Of a DNA stretch of 46,895 bases, positions 9,964 to 20,321 are shown in pieces (positions within the stretch are counted from its first letter, which is position 1; the number at the start of each line of letters is the position of its first letter). Location: the sequence record DRR378314_2487; one strand, 5' to 3'. Made by a program: the position numbers and the translations under genes. The notes beneath the pieces are model-generated. The model worked only from the letters and a program-made list of their open reading frames with translations, was not told the DNA's origin and searched no databases.

Positions 9964-12213
9964 ATGCAGGATAAGCAACTTTTAAAGTTATTAAAGCAAC
10001 AGCAAAAAATACTCTCGAAAATAGCGTTAGGGCAGCCTTTAAGTGAAATAAGTGAAGAGATCTGTTTAGCTATCGAGGAAATGCTAGAGGATGAGTCTGC
10101 CAAGTGCTCAATTTTATCGCTTCAGGGTAATCAACTGTTTCATTGTGCTGCCCCAAGTATTGATGCTAAGTATTGTCAAATAATCAACGGAATTGAAATT
10201 GGCCCTAAAGTAGGATCGTGTGGGACGGCAGCATTTTCAGAAGCAAGAATTATCGTTGATGACATTAACACATCGCCGTTGTGGGAAGGCTTTAAACAAA
10301 CGGCGCTAACCTTTGGACTAGCCTCATGTTGGTCAACCCCCATTATTTCTACTAAAGCTGAAGTGTTAGGGACATTTGCTGTCTATCATACCACTGCAAA
10401 AAGTCCTACAAAGCAAGATTTGGAGCTGATTGATCATTTTGTAAACTTTACCAGTATTGCGCTCGAAAATGACGCCAATGCAACTAAATTAAATGATGTT
10501 ATTAGTCAACTTAAGCACAGCAATGATAAATTTGAAGCGTTCACCCAAGTAATGCCTGATCTTGTTCTTATTTTGGGTGAAAATGGCGAGTATGTTGACG
10601 TATATGGTTCTTCAAATGAATTTTTATATTCTTCTTTACTGCAAAGTAAGGGAAAAAATGTCAATGATGTTTTAGATCCTAAAGATGCGCTACCAATTAT
10701 GGCGGTACTCGAGAAAACACTCGCGACAAATGAAGTTCAAGTGTTCGAATATGAGTTAGAAGTGCCCAAAGGAAAGGTGGTCTTTGAAGGGCGCACGGTA
10801 CCTGTGGATCATTATCAATCTAAGAGTAGTCAGTCTAGGCATGTTTTATGGGTTGCAAGAGATATCACACAAAGAAAAGAAGCAGAAAAAGCCGTAGAAA
10901 AGCTCGCCTATTATGACCCTTTAACAAAACTCCCAAACAGACGAATGTTAAATGAGCGCTTAAACATCGCTGTTGAAAAAATAAAGCGCTCAGGCGAAAC
11001 AGGAGCTTTACTATTCTTAGACATAGACGACTTTAAGCGCCTCAATGATTCATTAGGACATTCATCAGGAGATGAATTACTCATTGAAGTTGCCCGAAGA
11101 TTAGGTGCGGTTATAAGGAAATCAGATACATTAGCGCGGTTGGGAGGCGATGAGTTTGTTGTTTTATTAGAATATCTTGGTGACGATAATGACCAAGCCA
11201 ATGTGGAATCAGCCATTGTGGCGCAAAAGATCCACGAAGTTTTTGAGCAAGAGTTTAAAGTAGGGGCCTTAAAATTCCAGGTTAGTTGTAGTATTGGTAT
11301 TTGTTTAATTGAAGGCGCAGATATAACTGCGAGCAATATTCTAAAGTTTGCTGACACCGCTATGTATCGCTCAAAGGCGAAAGGTGGGAATAGCTATAGT
11401 TTTTATGATCCACAACTGCAGACATTATTAGATAGAAAGATAAAACTCGAAACAGAGATTTTAAAATCGATTGAGAATGATGAGTTTTGTGCTTACTTTC
11501 AGCCACAAATTAACAATGAAGGCAAGGTCGTGGGAGCCGAGGCGCTGATCCGTTGGATCCACCCGATTAATGGAATTATTGCGCCAAGTGAATTTATACC
11601 GGTTGCTGAGCAGTTTGGTTTAATACAACGTTTGCAAAATATAGTTCTTAGAGATATCTGTACATTACTTAAACGTTTAAACCCGTGTGTTATAGATGAT
11701 GACTTTAAGGTGTCGATTAATATAAGTGCTTCACAATTCAAGTCTTCTTTATTAAAGTCTGAGTTACTTCATGTGCTTAATTATCACCACCTTTCTCCGT
11801 CTAAAATAACCCTCGAAATTACTGAAAGTATGCTAACTCATGATGTTGAACATACAATACAGCAAATGAAAGAGCTCCAGTCAGAAGGGTTTACTTTTTC
11901 AATTGACGATTTTGGCACTGGATATTCTTGTTTAGCTTATTTACACGCTTACCCGGTAAAGCAGTTAAAAATAGATAAAAGCTTTATTGATAGAATATCC
12001 GATGAAGAATCAGGGTTTAGCATTGTAAAAACAATTATTGATTTAGCAAATAACTTGGGGATGGGTGTGGTTGCAGAAGGCGTTGAAAGCAAAGAGCAGC
12101 TTACTATCCTAAAAGGTTGTAATATTGACTCTACACAAGGTTTTTACTTTGCCAAACCTATGCCAATGAACGACTATTTAAATAGCCATAGTAAGAACTT
12201 TAAGCGTGACTGA
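9964..12213 (+). CDS. GAF-PAS-GGDEF-EAL c-di-GMP signalling protein
   Basis: GAF (GSCGTAAF, SCWSTPI), PAS, YDPLTKLPNR, RKSD I-site plus GGDEF, EAL, DDFGTGYS, AEGVE. Confidence 0.95.
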   Translation: MQDKQLLKLLKQQQKILSKIALGQPLSEISEEICLAIEEMLEDESAKCSILSLQGNQLFHCAAPSIDAKYCQIINGIEIGPKVGSCGTAAFSEARIIVDDINTSPLWEGFKQTALTFGLASCWSTPIISTKAEVLGTFAVYHTTAKSPTKQDLELIDHFVNFTSIALENDANATKLNDVISQLKHSNDKFEAFTQVMPDLVLILGENGEYVDVYGSSNEFLYSSLLQSKGKNVNDVLDPKDALPIMAVLEKTLATNEVQVFEYELEVPKGKVVFEGRTVPVDHYQSKSSQSRHVLWVARDITQRKEAEKAVEKLAYYDPLTKLPNRRMLNERLNIAVEKIKRSGETGALLFLDIDDFKRLNDSLGHSSGDELLIEVARRLGAVIRKSDTLARLGGDEFVVLLEYLGDDNDQANVESAIVAQKIHEVFEQEFKVGALKFQVSCSIGICLIEGADITASNILKFADTAMYRSKAKGGNSYSFYDPQLQTLLDRKIKLETEILKSIENDEFCAYFQPQINNEGKVVGAEALIRWIHPINGIIAPSEFIPVAEQFGLIQRLQNIVLRDICTLLKRLNPCVIDDDFKVSINISASQFKSSLLKSELLHVLNYHHLSPSKITLEITESMLTHDVEHTIQQMKELQSEGFTFSIDDFGTGYSCLAYLHAYPVKQLKIDKSFIDRISDEESGFSIVKTIIDLANNLGMGVVAEGVESKEQLTILKGCNIDSTQGFYFAKPMPMNDYLNSHSKNFKRD

Positions 12214-12276
12214 GCATAAAGTTAACTATGTTTAAAAATACTCACTTGCTAGGTTTAAATAGTAACATATTGTTGT

Positions 12277-12305
12277 GTATGCTGGTTATAGGTTAACCAG
12301 CATAC
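12277..12305. terminator. 12-bp perfect stem-loop between convergent genes
   Basis: GTATGCTGGTTA-5 nt-TAACCAGCATAC. Confidence 0.6.
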
Positions 12306-12316
12306 TAGTTTGTGAT

Positions 12317-14284
12317 TTAATCGTTAAACTTGATACGAATGCCAGCATTGACAGTAAAACCATCGTTTCGAGACCAAATATCAGTTGTCCAACGACCACT
12401 CGATGCTTGTTGTGGCAATATGAGAGAGTCTTCTTTTGTTTGTCTTACATTGAGTAGATTCTCAGCATTAACAAAATAGCTAATCCGTCCAACGGTAATT
12501 TGCCCAAGTAAACCGAAGTGCCAGTAAGCATCACTTTTATCTCTGTAAGGGTTATTCTCAAGCTGTTGTGTGCCGGTGTAGTAGGCTTCAAAACCAACTA
12601 AGTGGCTACCGTGCTCTTCCCACATAATTACTGCACCCGCTGAGTGTTCTGGGGTGAGAGTAAGCGGTACGCGACCTGTTCCTGAGTTAATTTGCTTACT
12701 TGCATCTGTATATAAATAACTACCCGTTAACTTGATATCATTCCAGCGATAGCGCAATAGAAATTTTGCACCACGTATTTCACTTTAGCCTTGGGCGTTG
12801 ACGATGCGAACGTTTTTACCTGATGGCGTGAGTTGCTGGTTGATGACTTCTAACTCAGTGACATTTTCAACATCGGAGGAGAAAAAAGTAACACTTGTTT
12901 CAACGCTATCAAATGTATAGCTGATATCGATAGAGGCTGTGTTTGCATGTTCCTCTTCAATATTTTCGAGCGGCTCTAAATGGGATAAACCTGCATCTTC
13001 AATGTCTTCAATAAATGGAGTGGGGGCGAAAAACCCTTTACCGTACGAGCCTCTTACGGTCCAGTTTTCTGGTTTATACAGCATGGAAATTCGCGGACTA
13101 AATTGCGTGCCGTATTCATTGTGCCAGTCGGCACGTGCACTCAACGACAACGATATATTTTCGCTGGCTTCATAATCAAGCTGTGAAAAAACGCCCGGCA
13201 CTTCGTAGTGATAATCAAATGCAGCAAAGTCTTCTGATTGGTATTTTTCAGATTGATACGCAGCACCGACTAGCCATGCGATGTTGTCGGTATAACCAGA
13301 GATACTTGACTCTAATAAGTAACTCTCATGGTTGTCATTTTCGTTTATAGTACCATATAGGTGATCATGATCTTGCTGCATTGCAGAACCACGTACATTT
13401 AAGGCCAGTACTTCATTTATTGGTTTATCAAATATAAACCCCGTATCAAGCCTTAAGCTGTCTTGTGTTTGTGCAAATGGATTGCCATCTGGCATTATTG
13501 CGTTTTCAGCTGTGCCGCCATCTCTTTGCTCGGTCATCGCGCCTACCGTGACGTATAAATTGGCGCCATTATCGCCTTCCCAATAAACACGGGGGCGTAC
13601 ACTTGCTCTGTTATAGCTTGCCATATCAAGCCAGCCATCATCATCTAAGTCTTGCTCCTGTTGATGATGAAGCCCTGCGGTAACAGAGGCGCTGATAGAG
13701 TTAGTTAACGGTGCCGCAAAGTAAGAGGTAACATCTTGGCCATTTTTTGAGGTGGCATTGAGAAGAAGTTCGCCTTCAAACTCATCGCTCGGTGTACGTG
13801 AAATCAAATTGATCACTCCACCTAACGCAGAGCCTCCATATAATGAAGAGGCAGAGCCTTTAATGATCTCAACATTGGCAAGATCAGTCGGCGGGATTTG
13901 TAATAAGCCTATTGATTGACCGCCATATAATGGCAGTCCGTCACTCAGTAGCTGGGTATAGCGGCCATATAGGCTTTGCAAACGGATATTTGCACTACCT
14001 AAAGCGGGTGAAGTGTTTTGCACGCGCACTCCACCAGTTTCTGCCACTAACATTGAAATGTTGCCAGGGCGCATTAAGGCTTTCTCGTGTATTTCTTCAC
14101 TATTGATTATTTCAGTGCGAGTTGCTGACTCGGTAACAATTCGACCAAGGCGAGAAGCCGTGACTTGTATTTTCTCTATCGATTTTTTTTCATGTTCGTC
14201 ATGGTCATGATGCTGTTCATGGGCGAACGAATAAGCAGGGAATAACGCAGCAGCAACAGCTAGCTTGGATGTTTTTATAAACAT
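12317..14284 (-). pseudogene. TonB-dependent receptor (His-rich N-terminus, probable metal uptake) interrupted by an in-frame TAA at 12785-12787
   Basis: Signal peptide, HEQHHDHDEHE, TonB box IEKIQVTA, plug motif VEIIKGSASSLYGGSALGGVINLI. ORFs 12785-14284 and 12317-12757 share one frame and read NAQG*SEIRGAKFLLRYRW. C-terminus has VNAENLLN...AGIRIKF. Confidence 0.88.
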
Positions 14285-14355
14285 ATTTGTCTCATAATTG
14301 TATTAAAGTAGAGCGAATTAGCCCTCAACGTGGCTAAAAAATATGGGAACTGTAT

Positions 14356-14718
14356 TTATGAGATAGAGATAGGAGGGCGGAATACATGAGTCGGCATCAA
14401 AACTTTTCGTTCGACGTGTTGGTTTATAACATTAGACTTTTGCACAACAAGGGCAGTTGCATTTGCTTGACTAGGTAAATAAAAGGCCGACACACATGTG
14501 TTTGCAGGGCAAATACAAGTGACTTCACAGCACTCGGTATCGCAACATTCATCTTCACTTTGGGCTTGCTCATCGGTGAGGATATAATCTGTTGCTGATG
14601 ATTGTTGAGAATGCGATGCAGTATTTGTAGGCAGATTAGCACTGTACGCCATCGTTTGGCCAAAAAAGCTTAGCAAAATAAATAATATTGCCAACAAATT
14701 TGAAAATGGCTTAGGCAT
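14356..14718 (-). CDS. Cys-rich exported leader protein with C-terminal RPP motif (DUF2946/CruR/CopL-like)
   Basis: ATG 14718 with GAG upstream; hydrophobic N-terminus; DECCDTECCEVTCICPANTC; ends HVFRPPISIS; 71 nt upstream of the TBDR. Confidence 0.72.
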   Translation of the reverse strand: MPKPFSNLLAILFILLSFFGQTMAYSANLPTNTASHSQQSSATDYILTDEQAQSEDECCDTECCEVTCICPANTCVSAFYLPSQANATALVVQKSNVINQHVERKVLMPTHVFRPPISIS

Positions 14719-14895
14719 ATTAATCTCAAGTACAAATAGTATGTGTAGTATATTGAATCTTAGGTGCTTTGTGAATATCAATGACGAGATAGCTGGGCCC
14801 AAATGTTTTCTTTAAAAAGTGTAAAGCCGTTACCCGTACAATAAAATAAAGCATGGTGCGCTTTTAACACATAAATAAGTGGATGCTGTTTTTGA

Positions 14896-15909
14896 ATGAG
14901 CTATTTTAAAAATCTAATAACAAAATTTATTATAATGATGCAACAACGGCCCGGTTTGTTGGCTGTATTTGCGTTTTGCAGCGGTGTGGCAAGCTACCTT
15001 TTAGTTGAGCGAAAGGAGTCGTTTTCGCAAATTATTGCCATACTTTTACTGATCAGCTGGGTTTGGTTGATTGTGGATAATTGGCTGCGCGATAAAGTAG
15101 AGCAACGCTTTGGCGTGGCTGTTTCACCTAACTTTATGCGTTTTGCATTACAGATGGTGCAGCAAGAAAGTTTATTTTTTGCCTTGCCGTTTTTTCTCGC
15201 TGTGACTTCGTGGAATCATCCGCAGGCTGTTTTTACATCGCTAATTATACTTTGTGCATTTATTTCAGTTGTTGATCCGCTTTATTATAAAAAGTTAGCG
15301 AAACACAGCATTTTGTTTACTATCTTTCATAACTTTGCACTGTTTGTTGTTATTCTCGTTACTCTACCTATTTTACTTAATCTCACCACCAGTCAAAGCT
15401 TAACAATAGCATTGATCACCTCAGTTATTTGTACACTGCCAAGCTTAGGTAATTTAATGCCAAATGCTCGCTGGTGGCGTTTTCCTTTGCTCGTTTTATT
15501 ATTGAGTGCGCTTAGCGCGGGTTTATGGCAGCTACGCAGCTGGGTACCGCCAGCGGCGCTGCGCTTAACTGATATTACGGTATCCCACCAAGTCGATATT
15601 GCACAACGCAAGCCCATCGGTAACGTTAAGCAGTTAGATGTAAATACGTTACGACAGGAAGGTTTGTATAGTTGGACAGCGGTGAAAGCGCCAAGAGGTT
15701 TAAACGAAAAGATTTTTCATGTTTGGATCCTTAATAACCAAGTCGTAGAGCGAATCGCATTAGATATTACAGGCGGGCGGGAGCAAGGTTATAGAGCGTG
15801 GACCCACAAAATGAACTTTCCCGTAGACTCAGTTGGGAAATGGCAAGTACACGTTGTCACTGAATCAGGACAATTGATAGGACTCGCTAAATTTAATGTT
15901 AGTCTATAA
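14896..15909 (+). CDS. DUF5924/DUF2914-type membrane protein
   Basis: Multiple TM helices, QESLFFALPFF, WVPPA, C-terminal AVKAPRGL...GGREQGYRAWTHK...GKWQVHV. Confidence 0.8.
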   Translation: MSYFKNLITKFIIMMQQRPGLLAVFAFCSGVASYLLVERKESFSQIIAILLLISWVWLIVDNWLRDKVEQRFGVAVSPNFMRFALQMVQQESLFFALPFFLAVTSWNHPQAVFTSLIILCAFISVVDPLYYKKLAKHSILFTIFHNFALFVVILVTLPILLNLTTSQSLTIALITSVICTLPSLGNLMPNARWWRFPLLVLLLSALSAGLWQLRSWVPPAALRLTDITVSHQVDIAQRKPIGNVKQLDVNTLRQEGLYSWTAVKAPRGLNEKIFHVWILNNQVVERIALDITGGREQGYRAWTHKMNFPVDSVGKWQVHVVTESGQLIGLAKFNVSL

Positions 15910-15939
15910 TCAGTTGTCCTTATTATGAATAGGAGTTCA

Positions 15940-16440
15940 TTAGGTTATATAAGGATTGTTATTTTGTTCGACCAAGACACAAAATATCCGTAAATCTAAC
16001 TCCAGTTGGTGGTACTCTGGTTCCATGTGACAACACAGGGCGTAAAAACTTTTGTTGTGATCTTTTTCTTTAAAATGGGCGAGTTCGTGAACTACTAACG
16101 CTTTTAATAATGGCTCTGGCGCGCGTAGTAAATCGCTGTTGATTGCTAAATCATGTTTGCGGGTTTTGCCTTGCATACGGTAAGTATGCGTGCCCAGTGC
16201 GTTAGTGACCATATCACCTTGCTTTTTAAATGCCGCGCGGCCAAACGGCGGGGCATTTTTTAAGTAGCGCTTTTTAAGCTCGGTCGCGTAAGCATATAAT
16301 GACTTGTCACTCGTTATCGTATGAGCATGCGGGTATTTTTTTGTTAAATACGCACTGTGTTTGTTGTTATTAATGAGCTGCATCACTTGTGTGACAATTT
16401 GCTCAGGGTAGCCGGTAAAATAGCGAGAATAGTCTTTCAT
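15940..16440 (-). CDS. YgjP-like zinc-dependent metalloprotein
   Basis: VVHELAHFKEKDHNKSFYALCCHMEPEYHQLE; ATG 16440 chosen to avoid overlap with DUF72. Confidence 0.85.
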   Translation of the reverse strand: MKDYSRYFTGYPEQIVTQVMQLINNNKHSAYLTKKYPHAHTITSDKSLYAYATELKKRYLKNAPPFGRAAFKKQGDMVTNALGTHTYRMQGKTRKHDLAINSDLLRAPEPLLKALVVHELAHFKEKDHNKSFYALCCHMEPEYHQLELDLRIFCVLVEQNNNPYIT

Positions 16441-16444
16441 AAAT

Positions 16445-17293
16445 TTAAAATAAGCTCGATTGAGTGGCTTCTTTTTCACCTATAAAAGGTGATAAAACGC
16501 GGTGGTTATAATTTAAGTCTTGGCAAAATTGACGTGCTAACAATGGAGCTTGGCGGTTATCGGCGGTATGAAAAAAAACATAAGGTGTTTTACCTTCATC
16601 GAGCCATTGTTGTACTTTTTTCAGCCACGGCTGGTAATAACTTTTATAGTCATGCTCTAAACTGGCAATCACAAACCTTGCCATTGGCTGCTCACCTGTG
16701 GCGATAGCATGAACGGGTAAATGAGGCTTTTTTTGTTGTGCATCTATCAAGGCTTCGGTATTAGGTTTTACCGCAAACAGGGCGCGCGTATCCATGGCTA
16801 TCCGATTAATGTTGTTGGCCATTAATAACTGGTTTAACGCAACTTCTGCATCGCCTTTTTTAAAAAACTCGCCGTGGCGTACTTCAACCCCGTAATTTAT
16901 ATTGTGTGGCAACTTACTAATAAACTGTTCGAGAAGGGGCAATTGCGCAGGGCTAAAGCTATTGGGTAGTTGCAACATGATTTGGCCGATATAAGGTAAT
17001 AGCGGTTCGAACAAATTAAACCAAGCTGTAAGCTCGTCATCAATGTTGGTTAATTGCAATTCGTGACTAAAGCGGCGATGGAATTTAAAAGTAAATTTAA
17101 AGTCGTGATTCACAGCATCACGCCAGCGCTTTAGGGATTCAATACTCGGATCTGCATAAAAACTGGTATTACCTTCGACAGAATTAAACACCTGCGCGTA
17201 TTCATGCAGCATGTCAGCATTTTTACAATGGCTGGATAACAAATTGCCTTTCCACGCAGTGCTTGACCACTGCGGACACCCTAAATACAACAT
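16445..17293 (-). CDS. DUF72 (YecE-like) protein
   Basis: YLGCPQW, FNSVEGNTSFYA, FKFTFKF, LQLP, VEVRH, FFHTADN. Confidence 0.88.
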   Translation of the reverse strand: MLYLGCPQWSSTAWKGNLLSSHCKNADMLHEYAQVFNSVEGNTSFYADPSIESLKRWRDAVNHDFKFTFKFHRRFSHELQLTNIDDELTAWFNLFEPLLPYIGQIMLQLPNSFSPAQLPLLEQFISKLPHNINYGVEVRHGEFFKKGDAEVALNQLLMANNINRIAMDTRALFAVKPNTEALIDAQQKKPHLPVHAIATGEQPMARFVIASLEHDYKSYYQPWLKKVQQWLDEGKTPYVFFHTADNRQAPLLARQFCQDLNYNHRVLSPFIGEKEATQSSLF

Positions 17294-17368
17294 AAAACGG
17301 TTAACTGATTGTGTGTTTTGGCTAGTATATCAAATCTATAAATTGAAAGCACAGAGCCCGCTGCCGCG

Positions 17369-17405
17369 CTCGCATTTTTAAGTAACTTGGGTATAATGCA
17401 CCCCC
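17369..17405 (+). promoter_or_regulatory. Putative aspS promoter
   Basis: TATAAT (17392-17397) followed by GCACCCCC; weak -35 CTCGCA 17 bp upstream. Confidence 0.5.
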
Positions 17406-17495
17406 TAAAATGATTAATAAATAGTGGCTTTAACTCCCCAAAAACAGCAAATTCTTAGGGAAAGCGGCTATGAGTCTTTAACTGACAGGAATACT

Positions 17496-19274
17496 ATGCG
17501 CTCTATATACTGCGGACAGCTTAATAAAACTCACGTAGATCAAGAAGTTGAACTATGTGGTTGGATAAATAAACGACGTGACCTGGGTGGTCTTATTTTT
17601 GTTGATTTACGCGACAGAGAAGGCTTAGTGCAAGTTGTATTCGATCCTGAAGTTGAAGGCTTAATGGATACAGCGAATAAACTTCGCCAAGAATTTTGTG
17701 TGCAGCTTAAAGGTGTTGTACGTGCGCGCCCTGATAGCCAAGTAAATAAAGATATGGCAACGGGTGAAGTTGAGATTTTAGGCACTAGCTTAACGATTAT
17801 CAATCGCTCTGAGCCGTTACCACTTGACTTTAACCAAGTGAATTCAGAAGAGCGCCGTTTAAAATACCGTTACCTAGATCTTCGCCGCTTAGAAATGAGC
17901 GACCGTATTAAGTTACGTGCTAAGGCAAGCAGCTTTGTTCGTCGCTTTTTAGATGAAAATGCATTTTTAGATATTGAAACACCTGTATTAACGAAAGCGA
18001 CGCCAGAAGGTGCGCGTGATTACTTAGTACCGAGCCGTGTTCACAAAGGCAGCTTTTACGCATTACCGCAATCACCACAGTTGTTTAAGCAATTATTGAT
18101 GATGTCTGGTTTTGATCGTTACTACCAAATCGTTAAATGTTTCCGTGATGAAGATTTACGTGCAGATCGTCAACCTGAATTTACTCAAATAGATTTAGAA
18201 ACGTCGTTCATGAGCTCTGATCAAGTACGCGGTATGACTGAAAAGATGATCCGTGAAATGTGGCAGTCATTGCTTAATGTTGATTTAGGCGAGTTCCCAA
18301 TCATGCCTTATTCAGAGGCAATGAGCTTGTACGGCTCTGATAAACCAGACCTGCGTAACCCAATGAAGCTAATTGACGTTGCTGACTTGGTAAAAGACGT
18401 TGAGTTTAAAGTATTCTCAGGCCCTGCAAATGATGAAAAAGGCCGTGTTGCAGTACTAACAGTTCCAGGTGGCGCGAAGCTTTCTCGTAAACAGTTAGAT
18501 GACTACACCAAGTTTATTGGTATTTACGGTGCAAAAGGTCTAGCTTGGATGAAAGTTAACGACCGTGATGCAGGCGCTGAAGGTGTTCAATCGCCAATCG
18601 CTAAGTTCTTAAACGAAGAAGTGATTAATGAACTTCTAGCGCGTACGAATGCACAAACTGGCGACATCATTTTATTTGGTGCAGATAAACGCAATACAGT
18701 AAATGAAGCCATGGGCGCATTACGCTTGAAGATTGGTGTTGATTTAGAAATCACCAACCTTGATAGTTGGGCACCACTTTGGGTTGTTGACTTCCCAATG
18801 TTTGAAGAAGATGACGAAGGCACACTTCACGCCGTGCATCATCCATTTACTGCACCTAAAGACATTGATGCAGTAGCGCTTGAAGCAAACCCAGCATCGG
18901 CTATCTCAGATGCCTACGATATGGTATTAAACGGCTACGAAGTAGGCGGTGGCTCTGTTCGTATTCACAATGCAGATATGCAAGAAGCGGCTTTTAGAAT
19001 TCTAGGTATTGAAGCACAAGAGCAACAAGACAAGTTTGGCTTCTTACTTGATGCGCTTAAATACGGCACGCCACCGCATGCTGGTCTTGCGTTTGGTTTA
19101 GACCGTTTAGTAATGCTACTGTGTGGTACTGATAACATTCGTGACGTTATTGCTTTCCCTAAAACAACACAAGCCTCATGTTTACTGACTGACGCACCAA
19201 GTAAAGCCAATGCAGATTCATTGACTGAGCTTGCTATCAACGTTGTTGAAAAAGCTGAAAAACCAGCTGAATAA
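17496..19274 (+). CDS. aspS: Aspartate--tRNA ligase
   Basis: [64 protein letters not shown] 17496 with AGGA RBS. Confidence 0.99.
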   Translation: MRSIYCGQLNKTHVDQEVELCGWINKRRDLGGLIFVDLRDREGLVQVVFDPEVEGLMDTANKLRQEFCVQLKGVVRARPDSQVNKDMATGEVEILGTSLTIINRSEPLPLDFNQVNSEERRLKYRYLDLRRLEMSDRIKLRAKASSFVRRFLDENAFLDIETPVLTKATPEGARDYLVPSRVHKGSFYALPQSPQLFKQLLMMSGFDRYYQIVKCFRDEDLRADRQPEFTQIDLETSFMSSDQVRGMTEKMIREMWQSLLNVDLGEFPIMPYSEAMSLYGSDKPDLRNPMKLIDVADLVKDVEFKVFSGPANDEKGRVAVLTVPGGAKLSRKQLDDYTKFIGIYGAKGLAWMKVNDRDAGAEGVQSPIAKFLNEEVINELLARTNAQTGDIILFGADKRNTVNEAMGALRLKIGVDLEITNLDSWAPLWVVDFPMFEEDDEGTLHAVHHPFTAPKDIDAVALEANPASAISDAYDMVLNGYEVGGGSVRIHNADMQEAAFRILGIEAQEQQDKFGFLLDALKYGTPPHAGLAFGLDRLVMLLCGTDNIRDVIAFPKTTQASCLLTDAPSKANADSLTELAINVVEKAEKPAE

Positions 19275-19299
19275 GTAACGAACAAACTAGTTTAATGTT

Positions 19300-19331
19300 A
19301 AAAACCCTAAGCTTATTCTTAGGGTTTTTTT
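19300..19331 (+). terminator. Intrinsic terminator after aspS
   Basis: AAAAACCCTAAG-cttatt-CTTAGGGTTTTTTT. Confidence 0.85.
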
Positions 19332-19365
19332 ATTGCTGTTTTAAGAGGGAGTTATAGCAGAAGGT

Positions 19366-19959
19366 ATGTTATTTACACAAAACGATTACTATGAACACGA
19401 ATTTTTAAAGTTAAAAGCGACAGCAAAGCGTTTTAGTGACATTGAATTTGAGCAATGTCAGTTTATTGAGTGTGACTTTAGCCAAGCTCAATTTAGTAAC
19501 TGTCGTTTTATCGATTGTGAGTTTATCAATTGCAATTTGAGTGATTTAAGTTGGAACTACAGCTCATTAGAAGAGGTGGATTTTAAAGGCTGTAAGCTCA
19601 ATAGCATCGTGTGGGGACAAGTAAACTGGCCGCAACTGGCATTGACTGCGCCCGTTAGTTTTAAAGATTGCGAGCTTAGCCACGGCTCATTTTTTGAGTT
19701 GTCATTAAAAACGCTAACGATGAAAGACTGCTTTGCAAAAGATGTCGATTTTAGACATGCAAATTTAGCGAAAAGCCAGTTTATAGGCACAGATTTTAGA
19801 GACAGTGTGTTTCATCAAACCAATTTAAGTAACGCTAATTTTGTCGGTGCCACACAGTTTAATATTGATATAAAAAATAACGACGTAAGTGGTGCTAAAT
19901 TTGAACGGTTTGAGGCTTTAAATTTATTAGCTGGGCTTGATATCGAGCTAGTGGATTAG
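19366..19959 (+). CDS. Pentapeptide repeat protein (McbG/Qnr-like fold)
   Basis: Five-residue periodicity: CQFIE CDFSQ AQFSN CRFID CEFIN CNLSD; VDFRH ANLAK SQFIG TDFRD. Confidence 0.9.
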   Translation: MLFTQNDYYEHEFLKLKATAKRFSDIEFEQCQFIECDFSQAQFSNCRFIDCEFINCNLSDLSWNYSSLEEVDFKGCKLNSIVWGQVNWPQLALTAPVSFKDCELSHGSFFELSLKTLTMKDCFAKDVDFRHANLAKSQFIGTDFRDSVFHQTNLSNANFVGATQFNIDIKNNDVSGAKFERFEALNLLAGLDIELVD

Positions 19960-19997
19960 CATTTTTTAAAAAAGCTAATCCACAAGTAACACTTATA

Positions 19998-20321
19998 TTA
20001 ACAGCTTGGGCCGTTTTTATTGCGAGCGCTGGCAAGAGCACGAGCAATCTCAAGTAGCGCAGGGTTAATATCATCAGCGCCATCTTTGATTAATTTAGTC
20101 ACATCGCCAGACGAGTATAAGCTATCGCGTGGTGATTTAATGCCAAGTTCACGCACAAAATCTTTCGTTTTACCTGTGCTACCAGTTTCAATAAACTTAA
20201 AAATAATACGCTCGTTATTATTTTTAGGCTCGGCTTGTAGTACTGCGATTTCTTCTTGGTAAGCTTCAATACGACTTTGTAAAATGTCGATACGTTGTTC
20301 GATGCTGCTGTATGATTTCAT
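19998..20321 (-). CDS. Hypothetical protein (coiled coil plus possible HTH)
   Basis: 107-aa ORF with N-terminal heptad pattern. Confidence 0.65.
   Translation of the reverse strand: MKSYSSIEQRIDILQSRIEAYQEEIAVLQAEPKNNNERIIFKFIETGSTGKTKDFVRELGIKSPRDSLYSSGDVTKLIKDGADDINPALLEIARALASARNKNGPSC

Noticed and set aside
12785-12787. Programmed recoding (Sec/Pyl/readthrough) of the TBDR stop
   Set aside because: The codon is TAA, not TGA or TAG, and no SECIS-like element is evident. A nonsense mutation or sequencing error is simpler.
19366-19959. Calling the pentapeptide protein qnr
   Set aside because: It is shorter than typical Qnr proteins and I did not recognise a Qnr-specific signature; left as a generic pentapeptide repeat protein.
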